A DNA stretch of 58,133 bases, taken from contig JAQUKH010000013.1 of NCBI GenBank assembly GCA_028719205.1, forward strand, positions 1 to 58,133. The letters are read 5' to 3'. The notes under the pieces were generated by a model. The model did not search any database. It worked only from the letters and a program-made list of their open reading frames with translations, and had not been told where the DNA came from. Below, piece after piece: positions 18,068 to 28,200 of the stretch; the first letter of the stretch is position 1, and every line of letters begins with the position of its first letter. The DNA comes from a bacterium (GTDB taxonomy: Bacteria; JACRDZ01; JAQUKH01). A program made the position numbers and the translations under genes.

Positions 18068-18676
18068 ATGAAATACATTGCAATAATCGATTATGGTATG
18101 GGCAACCTCAGAAGCATTCAGAAGGCGTTGGAGTTTCTGGATTACCGCGCGGAAGTTACTGACGATAAAAATAAAATTAACGGTGCCTCAGCCGTTGTTC
18201 TGCCGGGTGTCGGGGCTTTTCCCAGGGCAATGGAGGAACTTAAAAAACGCGATCTGGTTGAGACGGTTAAAGATGGAGTGAGCTCCGGCAAACCTTTTCT
18301 CGGGATCTGTCTCGGTATGCAGATCCTTTTTGAAGAAAGTGATGAATTCGGCTCATCACAGGGGTTGGGTATTGTACAGGGAAAGGTCAAACGTTTTTCG
18401 GATAAATTAAAAATTCCGCATATGGGATGGAACGAGATTGAATTAATCAAAAGGCCGGATTTCATGGAGGATTTTCCAAAAAAATCGTTTATGTATTTTG
18501 TCCATTCTTATTATTGCGAGCCGAAGGATAAAAAAATAATTCTTACTAAAACCAGTTACGGCAAAAATTTTGTTTCAAGTATCTGCCGGGATAATTTGAT
18601 TGCTTGCCAGTTCCACCCGGAAAAGAGCCAAAAACTGGGATTGGAATTTTTGAATAATTTTGGAAGGCTAATTTAA
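18068..18676 (+). CDS. hisH: Imidazole glycerol phosphate synthase glutaminase subunit
   Basis: IIDYGMGN, LPGVGAF, GICLGMQ, PHMGWN, YFVHSY, QFHPEKS. Confidence 0.97.
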   Translation: MKYIAIIDYGMGNLRSIQKALEFLDYRAEVTDDKNKINGASAVVLPGVGAFPRAMEELKKRDLVETVKDGVSSGKPFLGICLGMQILFEESDEFGSSQGLGIVQGKVKRFSDKLKIPHMGWNEIELIKRPDFMEDFPKKSFMYFVHSYYCEPKDKKIILTKTSYGKNFVSSICRDNLIACQFHPEKSQKLGLEFLNNFGRLI

Positions 18677-18710
18677 ATTCACGGAGCCTAAGTAAGGGGA
18701 GGAGGGGGAA

Positions 18711-19439
18711 ATGTTAATTATTCCCGCGATTGATCTAAGAAAAGGGCATTGTGTCCGTTTGATACAAGGTGACCCGAATCAGCAAACCGTTTACAGCAAA
18801 CAGCCTGTTTCTATGGCCAGGTGGTGGCAGTCCCAGGGCGCTAAGCGCCTGCATGTGGTGGATCTTGACGGCGCGTTTGAGGGGAGGATCGCGAACCTTG
18901 AAACTATCAAAGACATTGTAAAATCAGTTAAGATCCCTGTTCAGGTTGGAGGAGGGATCCGTGATATCGGGATGATTGAAGAGCTTTTTCACGCGGGCGT
19001 TGATTCGGTTATTTTAGGCACGTCGGTCTGCAAGAATAAAAGATTTTTAAAAAAAGCCCTGAAAGAATTTCCCGGCAAGATCATCGTGGGTATCGACAGC
19101 AAAAATGACTATGTTGCTATTTCCGGCTGGAAGAAACTGACAAAGATCAAAACGCTGGACCTGGTAAATGAAGTTGAGTTAATGGGTGTAAAGACAATTA
19201 TCTATACAGATATAAGCCGGGATGGAATGCTTAAAGGCCCTAATTTTTATTCGATCAAGGAGTTATTACAATCATCAACTATATCCCTGATAGCGTCAGG
19301 CGGGATTTCAGATCTTGCCGATATTAAGAAATTAAAAGAAATTGAGAGTGAAAGACTGGTCGGCGCTATTGTAGGGAAGGCGCTCTATTCAGGGAAAATA
19401 AACCTGGCTGAAGCGATAAAGATCGGAAAAAGATGCTAG
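18711..19439 (+). CDS. hisA: ProFAR isomerase
   Basis: [41 protein letters not shown]. Confidence 0.97.
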   Translation: MLIIPAIDLRKGHCVRLIQGDPNQQTVYSKQPVSMARWWQSQGAKRLHVVDLDGAFEGRIANLETIKDIVKSVKIPVQVGGGIRDIGMIEELFHAGVDSVILGTSVCKNKRFLKKALKEFPGKIIVGIDSKNDYVAISGWKKLTKIKTLDLVNEVELMGVKTIIYTDISRDGMLKGPNFYSIKELLQSSTISLIASGGISDLADIKKLKEIESERLVGAIVGKALYSGKINLAEAIKIGKRC

Positions 19440-20260
19440 CAAAAAGAATTATTCCATGCCTTGATGTGAAAGACGGCCGTGTGGTTAAAGGGGTAAAATT
19501 CCTTAACCTGCAGGATGCGGGAGACCCGGTTGAGGTCGCGAAAAAGTATGAAGAAGAGGGCGCTGACGAAGTAGTTTTTCTTGATATTACGGCTTCCCAT
19601 GAAAAGCGGAATATTATTCTTGATGTCGTGAAAAGAACAGCTGAAATGGTTTTCATGCCTTTAACGGTCGGGGGCGGTATCCGGACCATTGAGGATATAA
19701 GAAACCTTTTGGCTTCAGGCGCGGATAAAATTTCGTTAAACACAGCGGCGGTGAATAATCCTGATCTGATCTCTGAAGGCGCGAAACATTTTGGCGAGCA
19801 GTGTATAGTTGTCGCGATAGACGCGAAAAAGGTCACAAGTCACAAGTTACCAGTCACCAGTGAAAAGCAGAAAACAGAGGGCAATGTAGGGGCGATTCGT
19901 GAATCGCCCAAGAAATGGGAGGTTTATATACACGGCGGCAGAACTCCCACGGGAATGGATGTTGTTGAATGGGCGAAGAAGGTTGAAGGCCTCGGGGCGG
20001 GGGAAATCCTTTTAACCAGTATGGATTGTGACGGGACAAAGAACGGATACGACCTTGAACTGACCCGTGCGGTTTCCGAAGCAGTGAATATTCCGGTTAT
20101 CGCGTCAGGCGGCGCGGGAACACTGGAGCACCTTTACGAGGCGTTCAAAAAAGGCAAAGCGGACGCGGTGCTTGCCGCTTCAATTTTCCACTATCGCGAA
20201 TTTACAATTCGGCAGGCAAAAGAATACATCGCGAAAAAAGGTATCCCTGTAAGAATGTAG
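19433..20260 (+). CDS. hisF: Imidazole glycerol phosphate synthase cyclase subunit, with a repeat-derived loop insertion
   Basis: [47 protein letters not shown]. Confidence 0.97.
   Translation: MLAKRIIPCLDVKDGRVVKGVKFLNLQDAGDPVEVAKKYEEEGADEVVFLDITASHEKRNIILDVVKRTAEMVFMPLTVGGGIRTIEDIRNLLASGADKISLNTAAVNNPDLISEGAKHFGEQCIVVAIDAKKVTSHKLPVTSEKQKTEGNVGAIRESPKKWEVYIHGGRTPTGMDVVEWAKKVEGLGAGEILLTSMDCDGTKNGYDLELTRAVSEAVNIPVIASGGAGTLEHLYEAFKKGKADAVLAASIFHYREFTIRQAKEYIAKKGIPVRM
19832..19909 (+). repeat. Heptamer tandem repeats plus a REP palindrome, in frame within hisF
   Basis: GTCACAA GTCACAA GTTACCA GTCACCA and degenerate units, then GTAGGGGCGATTCGTGAATCGCCC (19886-19909). Confidence 0.85.
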
Positions 20261-20327
20261 GGGCGCAATTCATTGCGCCCAGTGAATCATCAATAAACCG
20301 AAAGGGCGTGATAAATCACGCTCCTAC
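20257..20327. repeat. Inverted REP doublet (REPIN/BIME-like) between convergent genes
   Basis: GTAGGGGCGCAATTCATTGCGCCC, a 23-nt spacer, then GGGCGTGATAAATCACGCTCCTAC. Confidence 0.9.
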
Positions 20328-23300
20328 ACCACAAAAAGTATTATTACCCCGAATACAAAAACGAATCCCAGCGGCAGGAGGGCGTCATAAAAAACCTTAT
20401 CTTTATTGCCTTTTAACCGCTCGACTATTTTAAAGGTCACTAAAAGGGACAGGCATAAAGAAAGAAACACAATAATTGTTTGGAGGCTGGCGGTAGCTCC
20501 TGAAGAGAGAACGCGTAAATCTGAGAAATCTTTTTTAATGCCAAACAGGAATAGTATACCGGAAAAAATAAGCAATGCCCCACTGGCAAATACCTCTAAA
20601 TAATGAGCCATAAAACCGCCGCGAATAAGAGGGACGAGCCCGTAGGAAATAGCCGCTCTATTCTCCGCGAAGGAAACTCTGACGCGTTTGCTTTGAAGGT
20701 AACACAATAAATTATACACCAGCCACAAAATTATGATCGCTGAGAAAAATAATAAGTTAGTAATAAGTTTTTCCGGTAATTTGCTTAACGAAGAATATTG
20801 CGCGTGAATTTTGTGGACAAAATTGTGAAAGGCAAAATAATAAACGTAAAAAAAGAAAGCCGTACCAAGAGAAAGGATCAAAAAACTATCCGCTAACCGG
20901 AAATTGCGCATGCTCCAGAGTTCATCAGGGACAACACGCAGGTTAAGCTGGATTGACTGGTTCTCGCAATTTTTAATGCAGTTTCCGCAAAGGGTACAGT
21001 CGCGGTTATTGTCTATCATAAATGGATGATCATACATCGGGCAGCCGTTAGACATATCAGTCCCTTTAAAACAGGCGTGGGTACGGCAGCGGTTAGTGCA
21101 AAGATCCCGGTTTGCCCGAAGCTCCACAAGGGAAGACATGGAAAATATGGCGTTTACCGCGCCAAGTGAGCAGAGATAACGGCACCATACCCCGCGTTCA
21201 TAAAACATGCTGAATACAAGAGACCCAAGGATGATCAAAAGGAGAATAATGCCCATAAATTGCGGATGCTCATAAGCGTTCCAGACCAGCTCCAGCCATA
21301 AGACCAGAATACAAAGAACTGTCATGATCCAGCCGGAGTGTTGTACGATAAAACGCGGAGCTTTACGTTTGGGACGCAATAGTTTCTGCGCTAAAAGCCC
21401 CGGTAATGAAAGGGAACAAATGCTGCACCAGATACGGGCAAGGAAAAAATTGGAGAAAAAAAGAAAAGTCCAGCCATAGACCCATACTATTGTCAGGCCG
21501 ATATTATATTTTGCGCTCTTTGGCCCGAAAAATAAAGATAAAATTCCTATATAAAAAATAACACTGATAATAATCTTAGGAAGAATTGGAAAATATGAAC
21601 TTGAAAAAAACTGCCGCACCTTATCAAAACGCAGTAAATTATAACCCAGTTTACCTTCAGTTCTTGGAAGCCCTAACAGGATCTGTTCCGAAAGGATCTC
21701 TCCTGTATCGCTTAAGATCACCGCGCGTTCGATAACGTTGGACATTTCCGTTAAATTACCCGGCCAGTCATAATTCATAAGCACTCCCAGGGCGTCAGGG
21801 GCAATGTTTTTTATCTCTTTAAAATTCTTTTTTCCAAACTGCTTTAAAAAATTTTGTGCCAAAGCCGGTATGTCGCGCTTGCGGCTCCTGAGAGGCGGCA
21901 ATTCAAAGGATTGTTCTGCCAGAAGATTATAAAAATCACGGTTAAAATTGCCGGAATTAACTAAAAACTTAACATCACCGTCAATGAGAAAAATAAACCG
22001 CACAGCAAGGAGAATCTTTCTTTTTCCTCCCAGGGATTGGAAATGTCCGGTTTTTATTGCCTCCAATAGCTTAAGCTGTACGCTTTTTTCAAGGTCTTCA
22101 ATATGAGACAACGCGATCGTTCCACCTTTAAACTGTTCCATATACCCCAGGCGGCGTACCGGCGCGAAAGAAAAAGAATCTTTTTCATAACCGAAAAGCT
22201 CTCCTCCCCAGAGGCGCGGATCAAAACGCCTGGCATCTACTTCGATATAGGGGCCGTCAAGATTCGGGCTCTCCAGGTGAATTTGTTTCGCAACCAGCCT
22301 TTTACCTGTTCCGGCTTCTCCTGTCAAAAGTACAGGACGCAAATTGGCTGAGAATTCGGCAATAGCGGCCCTCATTTGATTCGCCTGATGAGACTCACCG
22401 ACAAAATCACCGGCTTTGATAAGGTCCCCCTTCGCGCTGATCTTAGCGGTACGATCGCTGAAGATACGGGCATTTTCAATAGCGATTGAGGCCTGGCTGG
22501 CTATAGTATCCAGAAGCCGCTGATCATCATCCGTAAAAGGATGCCATTCTTCATCAGCTTTTTTATCATATACGGACATAGTTCCTATAACATTACCCTT
22601 CATAAAAAGAGGAACACAAAGAACCGAACGGATCTCCCCCGGGATATTATGCGCGAAAAGCGGGTTCTTTGCCACGTCATTTGAAATTATCGGTTTACCC
22701 TCTTCAGCTACTTTACCGGCTACACCTTCACCGATCTTTTGGGTTACTGTATGAGCCACTTCATCAGTGATACCATAATAAGACTTAATATGTAAAATGC
22801 CTTCCTGTTCATCTTTCAGCCTTAAAATGACGCCTTCAACTTTCATGAGAGACGCGGTCAGGCTGACGATCTTATATAAGAGGCGCGGCAGGTCATAAGA
22901 AGCGTTGAGTTCTTTGCCTATTTGTGAAAGTGCCTCAAGCTCATCACGCTGGCGGCGGGCTTCCTGATAAAATTGCATATTTTTTAAAAGCTGCGCTATG
23001 TGAGGCGCAAAAAAACTAAAAAGTTTTTTACTTTCGGGGCTGAAAATATCCGCCTCAAGCGCATAGATCGAAAGCGCCCCGAAAGGATCATTGTCACCCG
23101 TACATATGAGGGGAACAACAAGCGCGGCGTTATATTTTATATAATTATTATCAAATTCCTTGAGAGCCGCGTTATTTAAATAAATTATTTTTTTTGACCG
23201 CATTACTTCATAAATAGGGGACGATCCCTTCAGATACTCTTTTCGGGTCGCTTGTTTACTTTGGTCTATACCTCCGCAATAAGCGGATTCTTTAAGTCGT

Positions 23301-23917
23301 TCCGGAGTTCCAAGATAAAGCTCACAAAGGTCAGCGTTAAAATTATTTAAAACAAGCTCGGTAATTTTTTCTTTAATATCTTCAAAAGAGAGATCGGTTG
23401 AAGCAAGAGCATTTAATTTATTTAAAAATGATAATTCAATTTCTTTTTTCTTCAGGTCGGCCTGATCGGATTCTTCCGCCCGGTGAGCGGTTTCTGTCCG
23501 ATTTTTCGAAGCTTCGCGCAGCCTTTCAGCAAGTGCTTCATCAAGCAGGCGGTGGATGCGGGGATTTTCCAGGAGTATTTCATCAAAGGCTATTTTTTCC
23601 AATGAGAGTAAAATCAGGTCTTCGGAAGCTTTCACGCTGCGTGAACGGGGGCTTCCGGTCAAAAGAGATATCTCGCCAAAGTGGTTCCCGGCGGATAGAT
23701 GCCCTACGGTGCTTGTCCCTCCGTCATCATAATTCACAATAAGATCAACTTTACCCTGGACGATCACATAAAAGGCATGGCCCATCTCGCCCTGACGATA
23801 AACATAACCGCCTTTTTTTACAACAAGCTCTTCTGTAACGGAAGCAATAAGCGCAAGCTCATCCGGCTTGAGTTTGTGAAATAAAGGTGTATCAGCCAGT
23901 AATTTTGTTTTATCCAT
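20324..23917 (-). CDS. cNMP-binding + 2 GAF + degenerate sigma54-type AAA+ + polytopic 4Fe-4S membrane domain protein
   Basis: cNMP (FGEISLL...PRS), two GAF-like units (LCVPL...VIGTMSV), Walker A GEAGTGK, LPPLRSR, YDWPGN, then TMs with RIWCSICS, WCRYLCSLG and DCTLCGNCIKNC. Confidence 0.88.
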   Translation of the reverse strand: MDKTKLLADTPLFHKLKPDELALIASVTEELVVKKGGYVYRQGEMGHAFYVIVQGKVDLIVNYDDGGTSTVGHLSAGNHFGEISLLTGSPRSRSVKASEDLILLSLEKIAFDEILLENPRIHRLLDEALAERLREASKNRTETAHRAEESDQADLKKKEIELSFLNKLNALASTDLSFEDIKEKITELVLNNFNADLCELYLGTPERLKESAYCGGIDQSKQATRKEYLKGSSPIYEVMRSKKIIYLNNAALKEFDNNYIKYNAALVVPLICTGDNDPFGALSIYALEADIFSPESKKLFSFFAPHIAQLLKNMQFYQEARRQRDELEALSQIGKELNASYDLPRLLYKIVSLTASLMKVEGVILRLKDEQEGILHIKSYYGITDEVAHTVTQKIGEGVAGKVAEEGKPIISNDVAKNPLFAHNIPGEIRSVLCVPLFMKGNVIGTMSVYDKKADEEWHPFTDDDQRLLDTIASQASIAIENARIFSDRTAKISAKGDLIKAGDFVGESHQANQMRAAIAEFSANLRPVLLTGEAGTGKRLVAKQIHLESPNLDGPYIEVDARRFDPRLWGGELFGYEKDSFSFAPVRRLGYMEQFKGGTIALSHIEDLEKSVQLKLLEAIKTGHFQSLGGKRKILLAVRFIFLIDGDVKFLVNSGNFNRDFYNLLAEQSFELPPLRSRKRDIPALAQNFLKQFGKKNFKEIKNIAPDALGVLMNYDWPGNLTEMSNVIERAVILSDTGEILSEQILLGLPRTEGKLGYNLLRFDKVRQFFSSSYFPILPKIIISVIFYIGILSLFFGPKSAKYNIGLTIVWVYGWTFLFFSNFFLARIWCSICSLSLPGLLAQKLLRPKRKAPRFIVQHSGWIMTVLCILVLWLELVWNAYEHPQFMGIILLLIILGSLVFSMFYERGVWCRYLCSLGAVNAIFSMSSLVELRANRDLCTNRCRTHACFKGTDMSNGCPMYDHPFMIDNNRDCTLCGNCIKNCENQSIQLNLRVVPDELWSMRNFRLADSFLILSLGTAFFFYVYYFAFHNFVHKIHAQYSSLSKLPEKLITNLLFFSAIIILWLVYNLLCYLQSKRVRVSFAENRAAISYGLVPLIRGGFMAHYLEVFASGALLIFSGILFLFGIKKDFSDLRVLSSGATASLQTIIVFLSLCLSLLVTFKIVERLKGNKDKVFYDALLPLGFVFVFGVIILFVV

Positions 23918-24024
23918 AATTACTCACAATTTTACCACATCCCGCTTTTTTTTAAAGTAGTATAAAAGATTTAATTTTAATGAATATTATTAACTAATAC
24001 TAAATAAAATGATATAATAAATAA

Positions 24025-24303
24025 ATGAATAAATATACTTTTAAGCTTTTTATATCCGGTGAGAAAGAAGAGTCAAGCCTGTTAATAGAAAAATTAGAAG
24101 AGATCTTAAAGAAGCAGTTAAATAACAATTTTGAGCTTCGCATTGTCGATATTTTAAAAAATCCCGCAATAGCAGAAGAAGATAAAATTTTAATTATCCC
24201 GACGTTAATTAAGAGTTCCCCTCTGCCGGTAAAAAAAATATTCGGGGATCTGCTGAATGAAAAAATTATTTTGTCATATTTGGATATACCTGATAAAAAT
24301 TAG
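24025..24303 (+). CDS. kaiB: KaiB-family protein (no kaiC in the window)
   Basis: YTFKLFISG...FELRIVDILKNPAIAEEDKILIIPTLIK..PLPVKKIFGDL matches the KaiB signature. Confidence 0.88.
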   Translation: MNKYTFKLFISGEKEESSLLIEKLEEILKKQLNNNFELRIVDILKNPAIAEEDKILIIPTLIKSSPLPVKKIFGDLLNEKIILSYLDIPDKN

Positions 24304-24317
24304 GAGGTTAAATCAAA

Positions 24318-25232
24318 ATGAAAATCAATAAATATTTCCCATTAGTTTTTACAATTATATTCTGCGGCATAATTACTTCATCCGGTTTAACGGCAGGAGA
24401 AATAAAGAAGTTCAAAAAGGGGGATAAATTCACGATCGCTCTTATCCCCGAGAGAAATATCTTTGAACAGAGAAAACGGTATAAATATATAACGGATTAC
24501 CTGTCTAAACATCTTGGGCTGGATGTAAGGGCGGAGGTTTTATCAAATTATGGCAAGATCTGCGACGTGTTCCTGAATAATGAAGTCGACGCGGGTTTTT
24601 TTGGGAGTTTTAGTTATGTGTTAACAAGAGCACAGACAAATATTATTCCAATAGCAAGGCCGGTAGAACTTGACGGTACTTCCACTTACACCGGATATAT
24701 ATTTGTCCGCAAGGACAGTGGCATTAAATCGGCAAAAGATATGAAAGATAAAGTATTGGCCCTGGTTTCCAGGGCAACTACCGCGGGATATATTTTTCAG
24801 CTGGATTATTTTCAAAAAAACGGGATAAAGGACATGGAAAAATATTTATCTAAGATTTATTTCGCAGGTTCACACGACGCCGCGGCATGGTCTGTATATA
24901 CGGGAGAGGCGGATATCGGAGGATGTAAAAATCATATTTTTAATGAGTTATGCAAAAAAAATCCGGATTTTAAAAATAATATGGTTATTTTGGAAGAATC
25001 AGTACAGGTCCCAAGTAATGGTATTGCTGTCCGGGCTGATATTGATCCTGACCTGCAAAAACGCCTCAAAGACCTGTTATTAAACCTTGATAAAGATCAG
25101 GAAGGGAAAGAACTGTTGAAAAAATTTGCCGTGATAAAATTTATTGAGACTTCAGATAAAGATTATGATGCCCTTTATAAAATGGTTGATAGATTAAATA
25201 TTAACCTGAAAACTTATCCTTATCATGATTAA
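24318..25232 (+). CDS. PhnD-type (phosphate/phosphonate family) periplasmic solute-binding protein
   Basis: Signal peptide; YTGYIFVRKDSGIKS, ATTAGYIF, GSHDAA. No adjacent ABC permease. Confidence 0.88.
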   Translation: MKINKYFPLVFTIIFCGIITSSGLTAGEIKKFKKGDKFTIALIPERNIFEQRKRYKYITDYLSKHLGLDVRAEVLSNYGKICDVFLNNEVDAGFFGSFSYVLTRAQTNIIPIARPVELDGTSTYTGYIFVRKDSGIKSAKDMKDKVLALVSRATTAGYIFQLDYFQKNGIKDMEKYLSKIYFAGSHDAAAWSVYTGEADIGGCKNHIFNELCKKNPDFKNNMVILEESVQVPSNGIAVRADIDPDLQKRLKDLLLNLDKDQEGKELLKKFAVIKFIETSDKDYDALYKMVDRLNINLKTYPYHD

Positions 25233-25256
25233 ATTGTGATGCAAAAGGAAATATCA

Positions 25257-28200
25257 ATGAATATTTCATATAGGCATGTCCGCGCGCTTGGATTTTCAAT
25301 TCTGATATCATTATATGTCATAGGCTGCCTTATTGCCTATACCGCTCTGAAAAATAATTCTGATAATTTATCAGCTGTATTAAAAACCGAAGAATTAACA
25401 GGAGATAAATGGAATGATCTGTCGAAAATAATAAGCGATTGCAAGGACAGTGTCTATAATTTCAGTTCCGGCAGAAGTGAAGTTATATCACCCGCGCTTT
25501 TACTTATTAATAACGCGTCCAGGCAAATAGAAGAAATAAAAAATTCAACCTCTGACGAAGAAGTAAAAAATATCATAAAAGAAATAGAATTTGGCATGAA
25601 ATTATTAAGGCAGGCTGCGATCGGATATCAGTCTGAAATAAAAATGGGGCACAGGAGCGGTACCTCAACAAAAGAATTAGAAGAGATAATGTTAACGCAG
25701 GCTGACAACTTATCGCAATTATGCTGGGCCGCACTTGAATATATACACAATAAAATGGAAATAAAAAACAAAGAAATAATCAGATCCACAAACCTTATGA
25801 AGTTATTTTTGGTCCTCTCGATCTTTTTGGGAATCGGCACTGTGATTATTTTCTCGTTAATTATGAACAGGGCGCTCGCGAAACCAATTTACAGATTAGT
25901 GGAGGCGACTAAACTTGTCGCTAAAGGCAATTTAGCGCATGAAATAGAAATAAGTTCCAGTGATGAAATCGCGGATTTATCTTTATCCTTTAACCAGATG
26001 ATCAGGGATTTAAGGATTTCCCTGTCACTGCTTGTGGATAAAGAATATATTGATTCTATCATTGCAAATATGGGCGAATCTTTAATTGTGGTTAACCCTG
26101 ATGGAATGATAAGAACAGTTAACGACGCGACATTAAAACTGTTAGAGTACAGCGAAGAAGAAATTATCGGCAAGCCGGCCTCAATGATTTTCTCTGAAGA
26201 AGAAATTCTTAATGAATTGGATGAAGAGGCCTGTTTGATTTCCAGTGATTTTAAAATAATTGAAGCAAATAATTCTTTTTTAAAAAATACGGGATTTAAA
26301 AAGGAGGATATCATAGGCCAGTATTGTTTTAAAATATTGCACAATAGTGATAATATATGCCAGCCCCCCGGCCATAAGTGCCCTATATTGGAAGCTAAAG
26401 ATGTTTATGACCTTCAGGTTGAAATGCACACGCACTATGATTTTTTTGGGAAAAAGTATTTAGTTAATGTTGTCGCTGCCCCTATAAAAGAAAAGGATGA
26501 AATTATTTATTTGCACATGACAAAGCATGTTCTTGAAGAAGGCTTAAAAGGTAAACTATCACAGGAAAATGAAAAAAAGCTGAAGCTGTTTATATCAAAA
26601 TTGAAAAAGTCGCTCAACAGGTTAATTGATGAAAATATAGCGTCAGCGGATTCAATTGAAAAATATTCAAAGCTGGAAAAACTTAACAAACATAAAAATT
26701 TTGATATCTATTACAAAACAAAATCAGGGCATAATGTGCCTGTCAGTTTTTCCGGTTCTATTATGAAAAATAAAGAAGGCGATGTGCTGGGTATTATAGG
26801 CGTCGCGAGGGATATGAGGCCGACAAAAAAACTTATTTCAGATATTGAAGAAGCCAAAGAAATAATAGAAGAAAGCAATAAAAACTTTTTGAATATTGTT
26901 GAAGGAAGCCTGACGGGTATAATCGTGCTGGATAAAAATGGGATAGCGCGTTTTATAAATTCCACCGCTAAAAATATTTTTGGCGGTAAAATTGAGGATC
27001 TAAAAGATAAATATGTCGGATTGCCGATAATCAATAACAAACTGACGGAAGTCGATATTGTCAGGGACAAAGGTAAAGTGGGTATTGGGGAAATATCCTT
27101 TGTTGAGACAAAGTGGGAAGGAAAAAAAGCTTATCTTTTGTTTATCAGGGACATAACAGAATATAAAAAGTCACAGAAGGAAGTAAAAATATTATCGACG
27201 GCCATGGAACAGAGTACTACAAATATTATGTTCTTTTCAGATACTAACGGATTAATTGAATATGTAAATCCGATGTATGAAAAGTTTACGGGATATTTAA
27301 AAAATGAAATGATCGGAGAATATTTTGAAATACTGCTGGGAGAAATAAGTGATTACGGGGATAAAAACTTATTAGATATCATCAATGAAGATAAAAAATG
27401 GCAGGGTGTTATTAAAAATAAGAAAAAAGACGGAGAAGTATACTGGGCGTATTGTACTATTTCTCCCATTAAGGATAGTGAAGGAAAAATAAACCATTTT
27501 ATCGGGGTTCAGGAGGATGTTACGGATAAAATAATGTCAGAGGAAAAAATACAGTTTCTCAGTTCCTATGATGAAATGACGGGTGTGAATAACCGGTCAA
27601 GTTTTATGGGTAATGTAAATAATATTTTATCATCTGGAAAGAAACAGAACAGTGTTTTCATGCTAATAAATATAGATTATTTCCGGGCTATTAATGAAAC
27701 CTACGGCCATAAGATCGGAGATGAATGCCTGCATAAGATCGCTGGCATTTTAAAAAATGTTTTAGATAACTATTCTAAAAATAAATCGAATCCTGAAGGG
27801 AAAGAAATATTTACGATCGGGCGCATAAGCGGAGATGAATTCGCGATTTTTTATCCGTATATAAACCGTGAAGAAACGTTAAATATAGCTGAAGAGGTCC
27901 GTAAAAATGTGGAAAATGCCGCTTTCGCGAACGTGCTTTTACATTTAACCGTAAGTATTGGTATTGTTTTCTACCCGGATGATGGTTTAACTTCAAAAGA
28001 GCTTCTTACAAAAGCGGATGTTTCAATGTTTCGCGCTAAAGACAAGGGGAAAAATTGCTATCATATTTACAGCCCCGAGGACCATGACCTGGAAAAAATA
28101 CATTCTAAGATAAAATTGAAGGAAACTGTCGAAAGCGCGCTTAAAAATAACCGTTTAGAAGTGTGGTATCAACCGATAGTGGATCTAAAGAATAATAAGA

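Noticed and set aside
20324-23917. Functional sigma54 enhancer-binding protein
   Set aside because: GAFTGA and Walker B are degenerate and there is no HTH.
24025-24303. Circadian clock locus
   Set aside because: No kaiA or kaiC in the window; kaiB alone does not support an oscillator.
24318-25232. Phosphonate ABC uptake system
   Set aside because: No phnC or phnE permease/ATPase genes nearby; the context is signalling.
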